Shown here: positions 49,041 through 60,850 of the stretch, piece after piece
How the letters are laid out: each line of letters opens with the position of its first letter
Position numbering within the stretch: the stretch's first letter is position 1
DNA from: Vezdaea acicularis
Lineage: Eukaryota
Length of the DNA stretch: 64,000 nucleotides
Direction: 5' to 3'
Assembly: GCA_026025075.1 (NCBI GenBank)
Contig: JAPEUI010000015.1
Location: 124,001 to 188,000, forward strand
Program-made: the position numbers and the translations under genes
The notes under the pieces: model-generated
Databases searched by the model: none
Told to the model about the DNA's origin: nothing
The model's input: only the letters and a program-made list of their open reading frames with translations

Positions 49041-52000
49041 TTACCGAGCCCCTATCAGCCTGCTGAACTGCCCCTCCTTCCTCGCCAAATCTTCATAGCT
49101 CCCGCTCTCAACTACTTTGCCCTTGTCTAGAATCACAATCCTCTCAGCCACCTTCATCATTTCCTTGTCGTGCGTAATCACGATGACTGTCATGTCTTGC
49201 TGCTCCTTGACTAAGTGGGTGATACTGCGCCTAACGACAGCTGCACTCTCGGTGTCAAGCGCGCTTGTTGCCTCATCTAAGATTATGACTTTTGGGTGTC
49301 CTAGAAACGCTCTTGCAATCGCAATACGTTGCGCTTGTCCACCACTTAGGCCTTGCCCTCCATCTCCAATACGTGTTGCGTAACCCAAAGGTAGGCTCAG
49401 GATGAAATCGTGTATTCCTGCAGCACGAGCGGCCCCTTCGATATCTATCATATGAAAGTTGCCTTCTTGTTGGCCATACGAGATGTTCTCTGCTACGCTG
49501 GTCGGGAATAGCATCGAACTCTGCGAAACAATCCTAATCTGAGAGCGCAGTGCGTTGATTAGAACGTTGTTGATAGAGTTGCCCGCTAGAGTGATTTTTG
49601 AATGGCTTGAAGAAGGAGTGTAGAGCCGAAGAAGCAGAGAAGCTATGGTTGACTTCCCCGAGCCCGAAGCGCCAACTATAGCTGTGCAAGAACCAGAAGG
49701 GATCTCGAGGTTCAAGTCCCGAAGTATCATCTCTCGTGGTCGAGTGGGATAGGCAAAGCTCACATCCTTCAAGATAATTGGTGTTGGCAGTAGGATATGG
49801 GTTGAACCAGAACGCTCATGCGACCTGTGCGGCAAATGAGCGAGACGTATGAGACTAGCCGCTGTGTCCCTACTACTGTTGATTTGGGGTACTAACAAAT
49901 ATTAGCTTGTCCAAATCCATCACGTCCGAGGATCTCAGTACTTACTATAGCCGAGGATAGAGTGCACATTTGAAATACTGAATAGCAGCATCGTGAAGAC
50001 TAACAGAATATGGTTGGTACTACAGCGGTTGCTGGAAGCTAGTCTTGCCCCGTAAAAGAAGATAGCAGCTGTTCGTATCAGTATTATGCTTGCACCCATA
50101 TCTCAAGAAGGCTTACCAGTGACAAATAGAACAGTAGTGTCGGAAAGCCCAAAGAAGAACCCTGAGAGTGCTGCTCTTTTCAACCCAATTCGGAATGCCT
50201 TGTTCGTTGTCTTTACATGCTTGCTTCGCATGTATTTCTCTAAAGTCAGAGCTCGTACTGTCTTGATATTCAAGAAGGTCTCCGAGAAGACAGATGCAGC
50301 GGCCTCCGACGCCAAATTGCTTCGGCTTTCCCATTTCATGGAAGTGTTTTCAAAACCAGTTGTGATGAGGTATATAACTGGGGCAGAGCCAAGAGCAACT
50401 AGAGTGAGCTGCCAGCAAACGATCAAACTCCATATAAGGGCTAAGCTCATCATAGTCACAGCGACGAGAATGTAAGCAGCGAATCGACCTATCAGATTGC
50501 GCATTTCTTCTGCATTACGGTCTAGGTATTCGGTGAGTCGGGATTGCGAGTTCTCGTCACGGTCGAACCAGACTCGAGGTTGATCCAGAATACGTCCTAG
50601 CGCCTGAATACGAAGCGTATCTACCCATTTCTGACCGCAACACTCTAGCAAAAAATGCATGGAGTAGCTTGCAATCGCGTCCACAATGGCAACACCTAGG
50701 ACCGCCAGTGACCACCTCCTTGCGTTGCCTATACGATCGCCTTGTTCGTGAAACGTTGAGAGTAGCTTCGCAAAACAAAAAGCGAACATTGGCACAGCGG
50801 CAGCGTGTATCACTGCAGAAATGAATCCAAGGGTCAAGATAAAGCGGTAGCCATTTGGAAGGGCGGGCCATACAGTCCATAAAATTCCCTTCAACGAAGT
50901 TCTCTGTTGCAGACTAGTTTTCCGTTTGAATGCTATAGCTTTTCCGCCACTAGGAACGACTCTGCTTGGACTCCAGACTGGACTTGGTGGAGGTACGTCC
51001 GATGCAAGTTGCGGCGACAACAAAGCGCGGCTCGGCGTGCGAGCCGACATGGGTGTTCGCTTTGCAGCTGTTATCCGCCCAGTAAGCTCGACTAGTTCCA
51101 TGTCCTCAGGTACTGCTAAATGAGGAACGGTAACGGCAAGAGAAGACCTTTTGAATCGCTGACCATAGCTTCGTGATCCTTCGAGCACGGTCGCTGACTG
51201 CACGCTTGGAGAACGAGGAATGTCCAAGTCCTGGTGGGGAACAGCCATTTCCGGACCTTCGAAGTGGGTGGACAACGAGTCGAATGAGTTCACCCCAAGG
51301 GGCAGAGATTCCTCCTCATTGTCAGCCGGCTGTGCGTGATTTTTCTGGGCTAATGCTTCAGGCACTAAGGACGTAAATGGTCCTCCAGGACTCCGTTCGA
51401 GACTACTTCGAAAGCCTTCCTGTACGACCCTTCCAGAGTCCATAACGTAGACATAATCCTCCCGAGAGATCTGTGAAACATCGTGGGTGATGATTATGGT
51501 GGTCTTATTTTTCCCTCGTCGCCAGTGACGGATTGCATCCATCACCAGCGATCTGCTGATATGATCTAGCGCACTGGTCGATTCGTCGAGGATAAGGATT
51601 GGTGTGTCTCGAAGACGTGCTCTTGCAATGGCGACTCTCTGCTTTTGTCCACCACTTAAAGATCTCCCACCGGCACCAACAACTGTGTCAAGCCCGCTTG
51701 GCATATTGTTGATAGTGTTTTGCAACATCGCGAATTGGCATGCGCCCTTTATATTCTCTTTCGAAACCTTGCTGTGGTCTTTAAGACCAAGTGCAATATT
51801 CTCCGCTATCGTTTCATTGAAAAGAGTACCTTGCTGTTGGACGAGGGTAATGTTTTCTCGTAGCCAGTTCTCGTTCAGTGTCCTGATTGAAAGCCCATCG
51901 ATTGCAATGTCTCCGCTTTCGGGGTTGTATAGTCGCAAGAGTAAGTTGCCTAGAGTGCTCTTTCCGGACCCGCTACGGCCAACAACAAATGTGGTCTCAC

Positions 52001-53397
52001 CAGCGGGACAGAACAGATTCACATGCTTCAGGGCGAGCTGACTTGGTCTGCTTGGGTAGGCGAAAGACACCTATAAAAAGTCAACATCTTCTTCCCCATT
52101 TTATAAAGACAGCTAGAGAGCCCTGATGACGTATACTTACGTTTCGGAAATGGATGTCTCCGTCGCATTGCTTCGGAAAATTGTAACCCTCTAAGCGCCA
52201 AACTCTTTTGCCCTTGTTGATCTCCGTTATCGTCCACTTCAGTGCAACTGCAGCTACTTTCGCTTTCTCGAGGACTATTATCTGTGGCATAATCTGCCCA
52301 ATTGCTTGTGATACTAGAAGGCAAGACCAGAAGCAAGTCAAGATCTGACCCGCATCTTTATTACTAGAGTAAACAAGGGTGCTCCCATACCAAAATCCTT
52401 GCACAAACATGCCTAAAGATGTGAGTCGAAGAAAGCCAATTTGAACAGCATTGGCACGTGCTTGTAAGAGATAGTACTTGGCAGCCTTGCTTATTCGTTC
52501 GCTGTACTGCCGGACCTCATGAGTTTGACCGTTGTAGCATTTAACTGTTTCGATGGCGCTTATAGCATTCGCCGCCGACTTTGAAGCTTCCGAGAGACTA
52601 TCGGATTGGGCCTCAATACTAGGTTGGATTTTTCCAGATAGGTATGACAGCACAACGGCTGTCAGAGGCATTGTAGCAAGTGTCACGAGCGTCAAGTTCC
52701 AAGAATAGTATAGCGCTGCCCCCAATGCTACGAGAGAAGTTGCGACATATTGAGTAGCAAAGCCCAAGGGTTGCGAAGTTCCTATTTGAAGTTCTCTGAT
52801 TTGACTATTTTCAACTTAGCTACATTCGTGGAAAATCGAACGAGATGCGTAATATTACCTTTGGAGACGGGGCATGAGAGCACCGATTCCATTTCTTCGA
52901 GTATCGTACCACTCAATCTGGCGTTCAAGAAGACCGTCGAACAAGCCATCGCGCACGCTCTGTGCCTGTAGTTCACCGAAAACCAGCCATGACATAAAGT
53001 ATCCGCCATTTAGCGCCCAGCCTGTAGCGCCAAATATTGCAAGCGCTGCAGACAGTTTCGAGACTTGCGCGGTTAGTGCAGATCCCGTGATTTGATCAGC
53101 GCCAAAGGATGAAAAGGTGTTGAAGAGTCTGCCAAAGATAATTGCGGTAGCAGGTACGATAGCGCCAGATATAGTCGAAAGTGAGATAGAGATGAAAAGG
53201 ATTGACAGATGCCTTCGCCGAGTGAACGCAAATAGCGATCGCCATCCAGGGCGATCTAGATGTTTGAGGTTCCTTTCCTCGAGATCATCGTCGGCTCGCT
53301 CTCCATGGCTGTCGTCCATGGCCAACCTATACTCATGTCTTCTATTAGTCTTTTCGCCTTGCTTGCAATTTAAATTTTTCTTATCATGCCGAGACAT
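49041..53397 (-). CDS. STE6: Full-length ABCB transporter, Ste6/Hst6-type lipopeptide pheromone exporter; start 53397 or 53319
   Basis: TMD-NBD-TMD-NBD; GRSGSGKST/LSGGQKQR and GASGSGKST/LSGGQAQR; WLVFGELQA, MFVQGFWYG, DRNAEEMRNLIGRF. Confidence 0.88.
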
Positions 53398-54166
53398 TTT
53401 CAATATTGCGATTCTTGGATCCTAGCATGCAAAAAACGAGAGGAGCGTAGAGAAGAAAGAGGAAAGTTCAAGGTATGCTTGACCTTACCTTTGCGCAAAA
53501 TTTTCGGGATTACATAGTGATAAAATCGTAGGATGCCATGATAATAGTATCAGCGACAATGATGATGATACGAAGCTCGGTTTCAGTACACAATGCGGTC
53601 CAACTTGATAGTCCTGCGTGTCGCCTTAGTATTGTTCTTGGCACCCCTTTGAAGCGATTGTTTCGCGACCACCCCCAAATAAAACAGGTTGATTTAGCGA
53701 AATCTAATTCCAACTATTGAAATTGTAGGACATATTAAAGTCGATTCTTGGTCGCTGGTTCAATTCAGCGCTCAAGTATCATGACTGACATACTTCAGTT
53801 CCCTTTGACTGAAATCTGAGATAGTCAGAGCTGCCAATATTGCTCTTCGGAGATCTCAACATGCATCGAATCACCTGGAGCGAAGACTGTATTGCGATTA
53901 GAGCGGGTGATGTAGGGTAATACCCAGAAAGTGATTGCGAAAGGGAAACCTTGCTGGTAGGGGCTGAGATATTGTCGCAAGGTCGGGTAGTGCAGTGAAC
54001 GCAGGGAAAGGCTGCAGCAATACCAAAGTGTTGCATTGATGGAAGCCGAGCATAGGCAGTAACCTAGAGTAGTTTGTGAGAGAAAATAAAGCGCATCGCT
54101 CAAACGGCACGTGTCAACGTTTGTTAAACGCCAAGGCATCGCCTTAAAACAATCTTATTACAGCTG

Positions 54167-54947
54167 TCATGAGTTTGATGCTTCGGTTGGATCCGACTTT
54201 GTCTGCTCAGCTTTTGATGGTTTCACAAGAAGCTCGGGGTGCTCTTTTTCGTAGACCCAGTCATTTAATCCTTCCCGATTCCTTAATGATGGTTAGTATA
54301 CATGGATTAGCACAGGTGCTCGAGGACATGCCTTGCAATCTCAACAGCGTAGAATTGCATCCTTGGCACTGTTTGACAGAGGCATCAGTTCCAAGAGTAA
54401 TGAGAAGATTAGCAATTCGCTACTTACCAAATATAGTCTCATCCTTGCCATACTCCCACTTAGGATCTGCTCGGAGTAAAGTACCAAAGTTGTAATCTTC
54501 TACCGTCTTTTCATAGGTCATCATAAACTTCCGCCACCGTTCCTTTCCTGCTTTACTCTTCATTTCATCCTCATCTATAGTCTTTGCTGGATCAAAATCG
54601 GGAAAGTCCTTCCTAAGGTGCTGATATATCTCGTCATCCATCCTTGTAAGACGTAATTCGGAGCCTCGTATTTTCTCAAGAATGCCCCAATAGGTCGCCA
54701 TATGCTGAACGGCTATTAGATCCCGATTTGAGTCAGAGAGTCTAGCTTCAATATTCTCGCGCATCGTAAAAACTTCGAAGAAAGCCATTCGTGAGAAGGG
54801 TAAACACACTTTTTACAGCAAATTGCTTCTCGATCTGTGTACACTGATTAGCAGTGACCGCGAAGAAAGGATGGCGAGGACTCTTACATCTTCAAAGTTG
54901 TCCGCGTCATCCGGGCTCAAGTTCAATGGAGCTGGGCCTAGAGACAT
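54167..54947 (-). CDS. PBDC1: PBDC1/YPL225W-family protein, 5 exons
   Basis: ADNFED|IEKQFAVK...LRLTRMDDEIY...KSKAGKERWRKF...DYNFGTLLR...ETIF|VPRMQFYAVEIAR|NREGLND. Confidence 0.9.
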
Positions 54948-55306
54948 GGCTGCAACGTTCTTGTATTCTTGTAACGTAAGTTAGGTTTAGCTGAAACTTC
55001 TAATTGAAGAGGCGTGAAGGTCGTTAGTGAGATCTGGTAGATCACCCGGAAGTTTGTTTAAGCGGCCTCCGCTTTAGCCCCGCGGGGTCCGGACGCTATT
55101 TCACGCCTTATCGTCATATGCAGCACCTTCCCATGGTTTCGGTCGCAACGAATGGTCTATTCAAAGCAAGCTCTGGAGACGAATTGAGGGATGCCGAGGA
55201 TCCCCAGCTATCCGAAAGCACATCCAATAGGATGTTGAAGCCATTAAACCCATATGATTGTGACGTTAGCTATGCCATCTAGCACTTGTTTATAATAGCA
55301 GCCATT

Positions 55307-57088
55307 ATGCAAGCACGGTGTCTACAAATATTCTCTTCCAGGGCAGCCACAGGACTGACATTTCAAAGAGCATCCGTGCCAAAGGTGGTCCGAGCAGGAT
55401 TCGCAGCAATGGCATCTCACAATGCACCGGAGGTAATAGACCCCACACTACCGCGCTTGTGGTGCACTGTATTCCTAGCAAAAGCGCTAAAAGTCCATGC
55501 TTTAGCTCAAGGACAAGTCCCTTCTTATACATAAATGCTATGTTGATGGCGAATGGGTCAGCGCCAGGTCTGGGAAGACATTCGAAGTCACCGATCCGGC
55601 TTCTGGGAAAGTCATTGGATCTTGTCCAGAATTCGACAAGGCTGATACTGAGGCTGCTATTGCAGCGGCCTCGACGGCCTGGCCCTCTTTCCGTATCTTA
55701 ACAGGGCGTGAGCGTGCAACAATGCTTCGCAAGTGGTATGACCTGATGACAGAGAATGCGGAGGATCTGGCGAAGCTTATCACTTGGGAAAACGGAAAGC
55801 CTATAGGAGATGCTAGGGGCGAGGTATCTTACGCAGCCAACTTCTTCCAATGGTTTGCTGAAGAGGCACCGCGCACGTACGGAGATACGATCCCAGCATC
55901 TATTGCCGGAAATAGGGTTATCACGCTTAAAGAGTCTGTTGGTGTCTGTGGATTGATAACGCCGTTCGTGTTACCATGTCGATTGTCTCTCACATCTGTG
56001 GTACTGACGGAGGCTACCTAGGTGGAATTTTCCTGCAGCAATGATGACCCGCAAAATCGGCCCTGCCCTTGCAGCTGGCTGCACAGTGGTCGTCAAATCA
56101 CCAGGTGAAACCCCATTCACATCACTTGCTTTGGGAGAGCTTGCGCACCGCGCCGGTATCCCAAAGGGAGTCGTGAACTTTGTGACGGCAATGAAAAACA
56201 CTGCCGAAGTTGGCGAAGCCCTCACAACCAGTCCTACCGTCCGAAAGATATCTTTTACAGGATCTACGCCAGTTGGAGCCCTTCTCATGAAACAAGCCTC
56301 TCCAACCTTAAAGAAAGTTTCATTCGAGCTTGGTGGGAACGCACCTTTTATCGTTTTCGACGATGCTGATCTCGATGCCGCAGTAGGTGGCGCAATATCC
56401 TCAAAATTCCGGAGCTCCGGCCAAACTTGCGTGTGCGCGAATAGAATCTACGTACAGAAAGGTATCTATAGGGACTTCGCGGAGAAATTCTCTGAAAAGG
56501 TTAGAAATTTCAGAGTTGGCTCTGGCTTTGGTGAAGGCGTTACGCATGGCCCCTTAATTCATGACCGCGCCGTTAGTAAAGTAGAGCAGCATGTCAATGA
56601 CGCCAAGGAGAAAGGAGGCAAAGTGACTGTTGGAGGGCAGAGACTACCGGACTTAGGTAACAACTACTTCCAACCAACAGTCATCACTGGCATGAACTCC
56701 AAAATGCAGCTTGCATCCGAAGAGACTTTTGGGCCTGTAGCAGGGCTTTTCGAGTTTGAGACGGAAGCCGAGGTAGTTGCCCAGGCAAACGCCACGGATG
56801 TAGGACTGTCAGGTTACTTCTTTAGCAAGGATATCCAAAGAATATGGAGGGTGGCTGAAGCACTAGAGGTTGGCATGGTCGGGGTAAACACTGGACTAAT
56901 AAGTGATCCTGCTGCGCCGTAAGCTGTACTTTCCAGCAATACGAATACAGACGCTGACTTAAGGTAGATTCGGGGGAGTCAAGAAATCCGGCTTTGGACG
57001 GGAAGGGAGTATGTACGGTATTGAGGAATATCAAACAACAAAAATGATTACATTAGGGGGCATGGGTGAGCCACTCCAGGGTGCTTAA
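55307..57088 (+). CDS. UGA2: Succinate-semialdehyde dehydrogenase (GABA shunt), 4 exons
   Basis: [62 protein letters not shown]. Confidence 0.95.
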
Positions 57089-57303
57089 GGCACCTTTCTT
57101 GCTCTGATAATATTGGAAACATGAGAAGCGTGGTAAGAGCTTGGAGGGAAAGTCAAACATTTGCTTCCGATGACGGAATAGATCTCTCGACCCTTGAGAG
57201 CTTTGTGATAATTACTTAAACCAAACAATGCCTGTATAAATGATGGAACTCCAAAATTGGCTAGAATCATTAGGACAGCTGCCACTCCTACTGTATCAAT
57301 GTG

Positions 57304-58275
57304 TTAGTCCATCTTTCCCCCTGTCAACTCGGCCATGATCTGTTTCATCCGTCTCTCCATTATATACTTCATTCTTGAGCCAGCCCCCAATGCACTCGAT
57401 TTCCCCCTAGGTTTGACTCCTACCCCTAACAAGCTAGCCAACGTATCTGGCGGCCCTTGATCCCAGATATTACCCTTGTCATGTTTATCCAAATTCTGCT
57501 TTGGCGCAAACTCCCGCTCAATTAGGTCTCCGAGCTGTCCATCTTCGATAATGAAGTTCCGCGCATTCATATAGAGCGTGTGAAGTGCCTCTACTCTTGC
57601 TTCCCTCTGTTTTCTTTGGTGGTCTTCAACATTTGCTTTCTTCCCAGCGATGCGCTCCGTGCGATTTGGATCTGGAATGGGGCCAACGTGTTGCAGTTGC
57701 ATCGTTTGAAGAATAGTTGGGCTTGTTAGCCGCTCATCATCGCGCTCAGGGGCGTGGAGGGCGGCTTCCCGCGCTTCCTGGCTTGCCTTGCTTTTTGCCA
57801 TTCGAGATTCGTTCGTCGAGACCTTCCGCTCTTTGAGCTGGAACAATGCATCTCTTAGATTCTTCCGCCGTGATGCTGCCAGGCGTGATCTCCAGGCGAC
57901 GGATGTTGTGGAGTCAGGAGCCGATCCCTTTGGCTCCGCAGGGAACCACGTTACGGTGCCACCTGTATCCTCAGATTGTGACGCCGACTTTGGCTCAGGT
58001 ATGGTCTTAGCTAGATATTCATCGGATGTTCTATCAGGTGCTCCTCGTGGGAAGAGTTCGCGGGGAGGTGGTAGATATCCTTTCACAGAGCGCTTGGGGA
58101 TTGCCCTGGGTTGCAGTGGTTGTGGAACATATATGAAATGGGGAGATTCGGGAGGTATGTTATTGCCATATGATTGGCTAGTGCTAAAGGTGCATGAAAT
58201 AGGGTTTCGCAATTGATAACGTCTGTATCTTGGTAGTCTAACGACTGATTGCTCTATTCGAGGCTTCATCTTCAT
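57304..58275 (-). CDS. Probable mitochondrial ribosomal protein mS26 (Pet12-like)
   Basis: Arg-rich presequence; IPPESPHFI.VP, WRSRLAASRRKNL, ERLTSPT, ALHTLYMNARNFI, ELTGGKM; family recognised from memory. Confidence 0.6.
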   Translation of the reverse strand: MKMKPRIEQSVVRLPRYRRYQLRNPISCTFSTSQSYGNNIPPESPHFIYVPQPLQPRAIPKRSVKGYLPPPRELFPRGAPDRTSDEYLAKTIPEPKSASQSEDTGGTVTWFPAEPKGSAPDSTTSVAWRSRLAASRRKNLRDALFQLKERKVSTNESRMAKSKASQEAREAALHAPERDDERLTSPTILQTMQLQHVGPIPDPNRTERIAGKKANVEDHQRKQREARVEALHTLYMNARNFIIEDGQLGDLIEREFAPKQNLDKHDKGNIWDQGPPDTLASLLGVGVKPRGKSSALGAGSRMKYIMERRMKQIMAELTGGKMD

Positions 58276-58469
58276 GTTGTTGGTGGCTTAGATATCTAAC
58301 GTTAAGATACCGAGAGATTTTCTTCAAGAGAGCTCGCGAAAGCTTGGCGCATCTGCCACAACCGAATCTTGTGAAAATTGGGGAATTTCAAGAAAGATTC
58401 TCGAGCCACACACACCCACCAATCAGTACAGCCTGCTCAACAGAACAGGCGGGGAAGGCCTTTTCCAAG

Positions 58470-60645
58470 ATGGGTACAGCTAAGAAAGAAGCAGCTCGGA
58501 AGGAAAGGCAGGGAAAGACAACTGGTGGCATGAGCAATGTGAAGGTCAAAGGCGAAAACTTCTACCGCAGTGCCAAAAAGGTCAAGGTGTTAAATATCCG
58601 CAAAGACCCCGGCCCACAGCGCAACGCTACTGGAAATATCACAAAAGCAGCAGCATATCAGTCCAGGGAGGCTCCTAAAGCCCGCATCGAACCTAATCGC
58701 AAATGGTTCGGGAATACTCGAGTAATTGCCCAGGATGCTCTCAACTCTTTTCGAGAGGCCATGGCCGAGCGGGCCTCGGACCCATACCAGGTTCTACTGA
58801 AGACGAATAAACTGCCTATGAGTTTGATTCGTGATGGGCAAGGCATGAACGGTCTAAAACAACATCAGGCGAAGATGACTGTCGAATCGGCGCCTTTTGT
58901 GGATACGTTTGGGCCGAAGGCACAGCGGAAGAGAGTCAAGTTGGGCGTCAGCTCGCTAGAAGATCTAGCTGGAGAGACAAGCAAGAACCACGACACATAT
59001 TTGGATCGTCTAGAGGAAATCAAGCTTCTGAGCGGCAATTCCATAATAGAGGAAAAGGCCGGAGAAGATACAGTCCAGGAGGAAGGACACGTATCGACTG
59101 CACGGGAAGCGATATTCTCAAAGGGACAAAGCAAACGAATATGGAACGAGCTATATAAGGTCATCGATTCTTCGGATGTGGTCATACATGTCTTGGACGC
59201 TCGTGATCCCCTAGGAACTAGGTGCAGGAGCGTAGAGAAGTATTTGCGAGAGGAAGCACCTCATAAGCACCTCATATTTGTACTAAATAAGTGCGATCTA
59301 GTACCCACAAAAGTTGCTGTAAGTTCTTTTTATTCTTTCAGCTCTTTTGTTGCTCCATTCGCCATCGTTAAGTCAAGACGCCCTCTGCATTACTGCAATC
59401 TCTCCATGGAAGGCATTGTCTGTTACAACTTTGGTAGATTGACCCCTTGCTCGCCGCTCTTGGCTTCTGGTCTTGAGTAGACTGTCTTTCTGTCTTAGTC
59501 TGGCAGGCGTATAGAGCAGAGAATGTTTTGTTAAGAGTTGAGCCTCGTCTTTACTGTCTACAGTAGCTCTGTGACTATGCTCTTAGTAACCGCTTCATAC
59601 ATTTTCTTGTTCTCTTCTCCGAATTACTTGCTAATAATTCTGGTGTCAGGCTGCCTGGGTTCGACAACTTTCTACTGATTATCCCACGCTTGCATTTCAT
59701 GCCAGTATCAACAACTCCTTTGGAAAAGGCTCACTCATCCAACTTCTCCGTCAATTCTCTTCTTTACATTCAGACCGAAAGCAGATATCTGTAGGCTTCA
59801 TTGGATACCCAAATACTGGCAAATCTTCAATCATCAACACGCTTCGCAAAAAGAAAGTCTGTACCGTCGCACCAATACCCGGCGAAACGAAAGTCTGGCA
59901 GTACATTACTCTTATGAAGCGCATCTATTTGATCGATAGCCCTGGGGTTGTGCCCCCAAGTATAACCGACAGTGAACAAGACATACTACTAAGGGGCGTC
60001 GTCAGAGTTGAGAATGTCGAAAACCCAGAACAGTATATCGCGGCTGTACTGGAACGGGTGAAACCGCAGCACATAGAGCGGACATATGACGTCAAAGGAT
60101 TCCAAACACCCACAGAATTTTTGGAACTGATGGCGAGGAAGAGTGGCCGATTACTGAAAGGTGGAGAGGCAGATGTCGATGGGGTTGCAAAGATGGTCCT
60201 AAACGACTTCTTAAGAGGAAAAGTTCCATGGTACGTTGCGCCACCTATAGAGGAGGGCAAAGAGGGGGGCGGGATCGAGGGTCGACAAGGGAGGCTTGGT
60301 GAGATGGGACGGAAGCGGAAGCGGGATGATGAGACGACAAACGAAGACGATGCCGGAATAGGACATCAGGAGCACGACAAAGCAGTAGAAGGGTTGGAAG
60401 ATAGTTTCGAAGGATTCGAGAGCGATCAAGGGGAGCTTGAACTTGATTTGAAACTAGGCAGTGATCTCGAAGCTTCGACAAATGAGCAACTAAGTGAAGA
60501 AGATGACGACTCAGTTGCGGAGACTTGTGCTACATCTCTTAAGGATGATGATAATGGGCAGCAAGTGCAACACGGACTGAACGAAGATACCTCACATCCA
60601 GCACCTGAGGAAGAAAATAGGCACAAGAGGCAAAGAAGAGGCTAA
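58470..60645 (+). CDS. NOG2: Nucleolar GTPase Nog2 (60S biogenesis), 2 exons; intron 59319-59649
   Basis: [58 protein letters not shown]. Confidence 0.96.
59360..59604 (+). ncRNA. snR191: Intronic H/ACA snoRNA, snR191/U19 orthologue (LSU rRNA helix 69 pseudouridylation guide)
   Basis: Pocket 1 AGTCA(59371)/GTTAC(59422), 14 nt before AGA; H box AGAGAA at 59518; pocket 2 AGAGT(59534)/TAGT(59584), 15 nt before ACA(59599); complementary to GUAACUAUGACUCU; yeast NOG2 intron hosts snR191. Confidence 0.85.
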
Positions 60646-60850
60646 TTACTCTAGCCAATCAATGGAATACTTGTATGAATGTTCTTCATTTCGTGAAATT
60701 GATTGAAATATGAAGTAAAATTGTTATTGCAGGCTGAAGCGCCTTTGTAAGGGTATCTTGCCCGACGCCTGGTAATGATACAAGCCTACTAAAATTACAA
60801 AGTGGGTATATCTTACCAACAGGTAGGGTAATATCAATTTAGCAATGCTA

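Noticed and set aside
45488..53397. MBOAT, PQ-loop and ABC transporter as a possible biosynthetic cluster
   Set aside because: No backbone enzyme or regulator, and the ABC protein is the housekeeping Ste6 type.
53400..54160. Search for a small CAAX pheromone-precursor ORF beside STE6
   Set aside because: No short ORF ending in a CAAX motif was seen by eye; a systematic short-ORF scan would be needed to exclude one fully.
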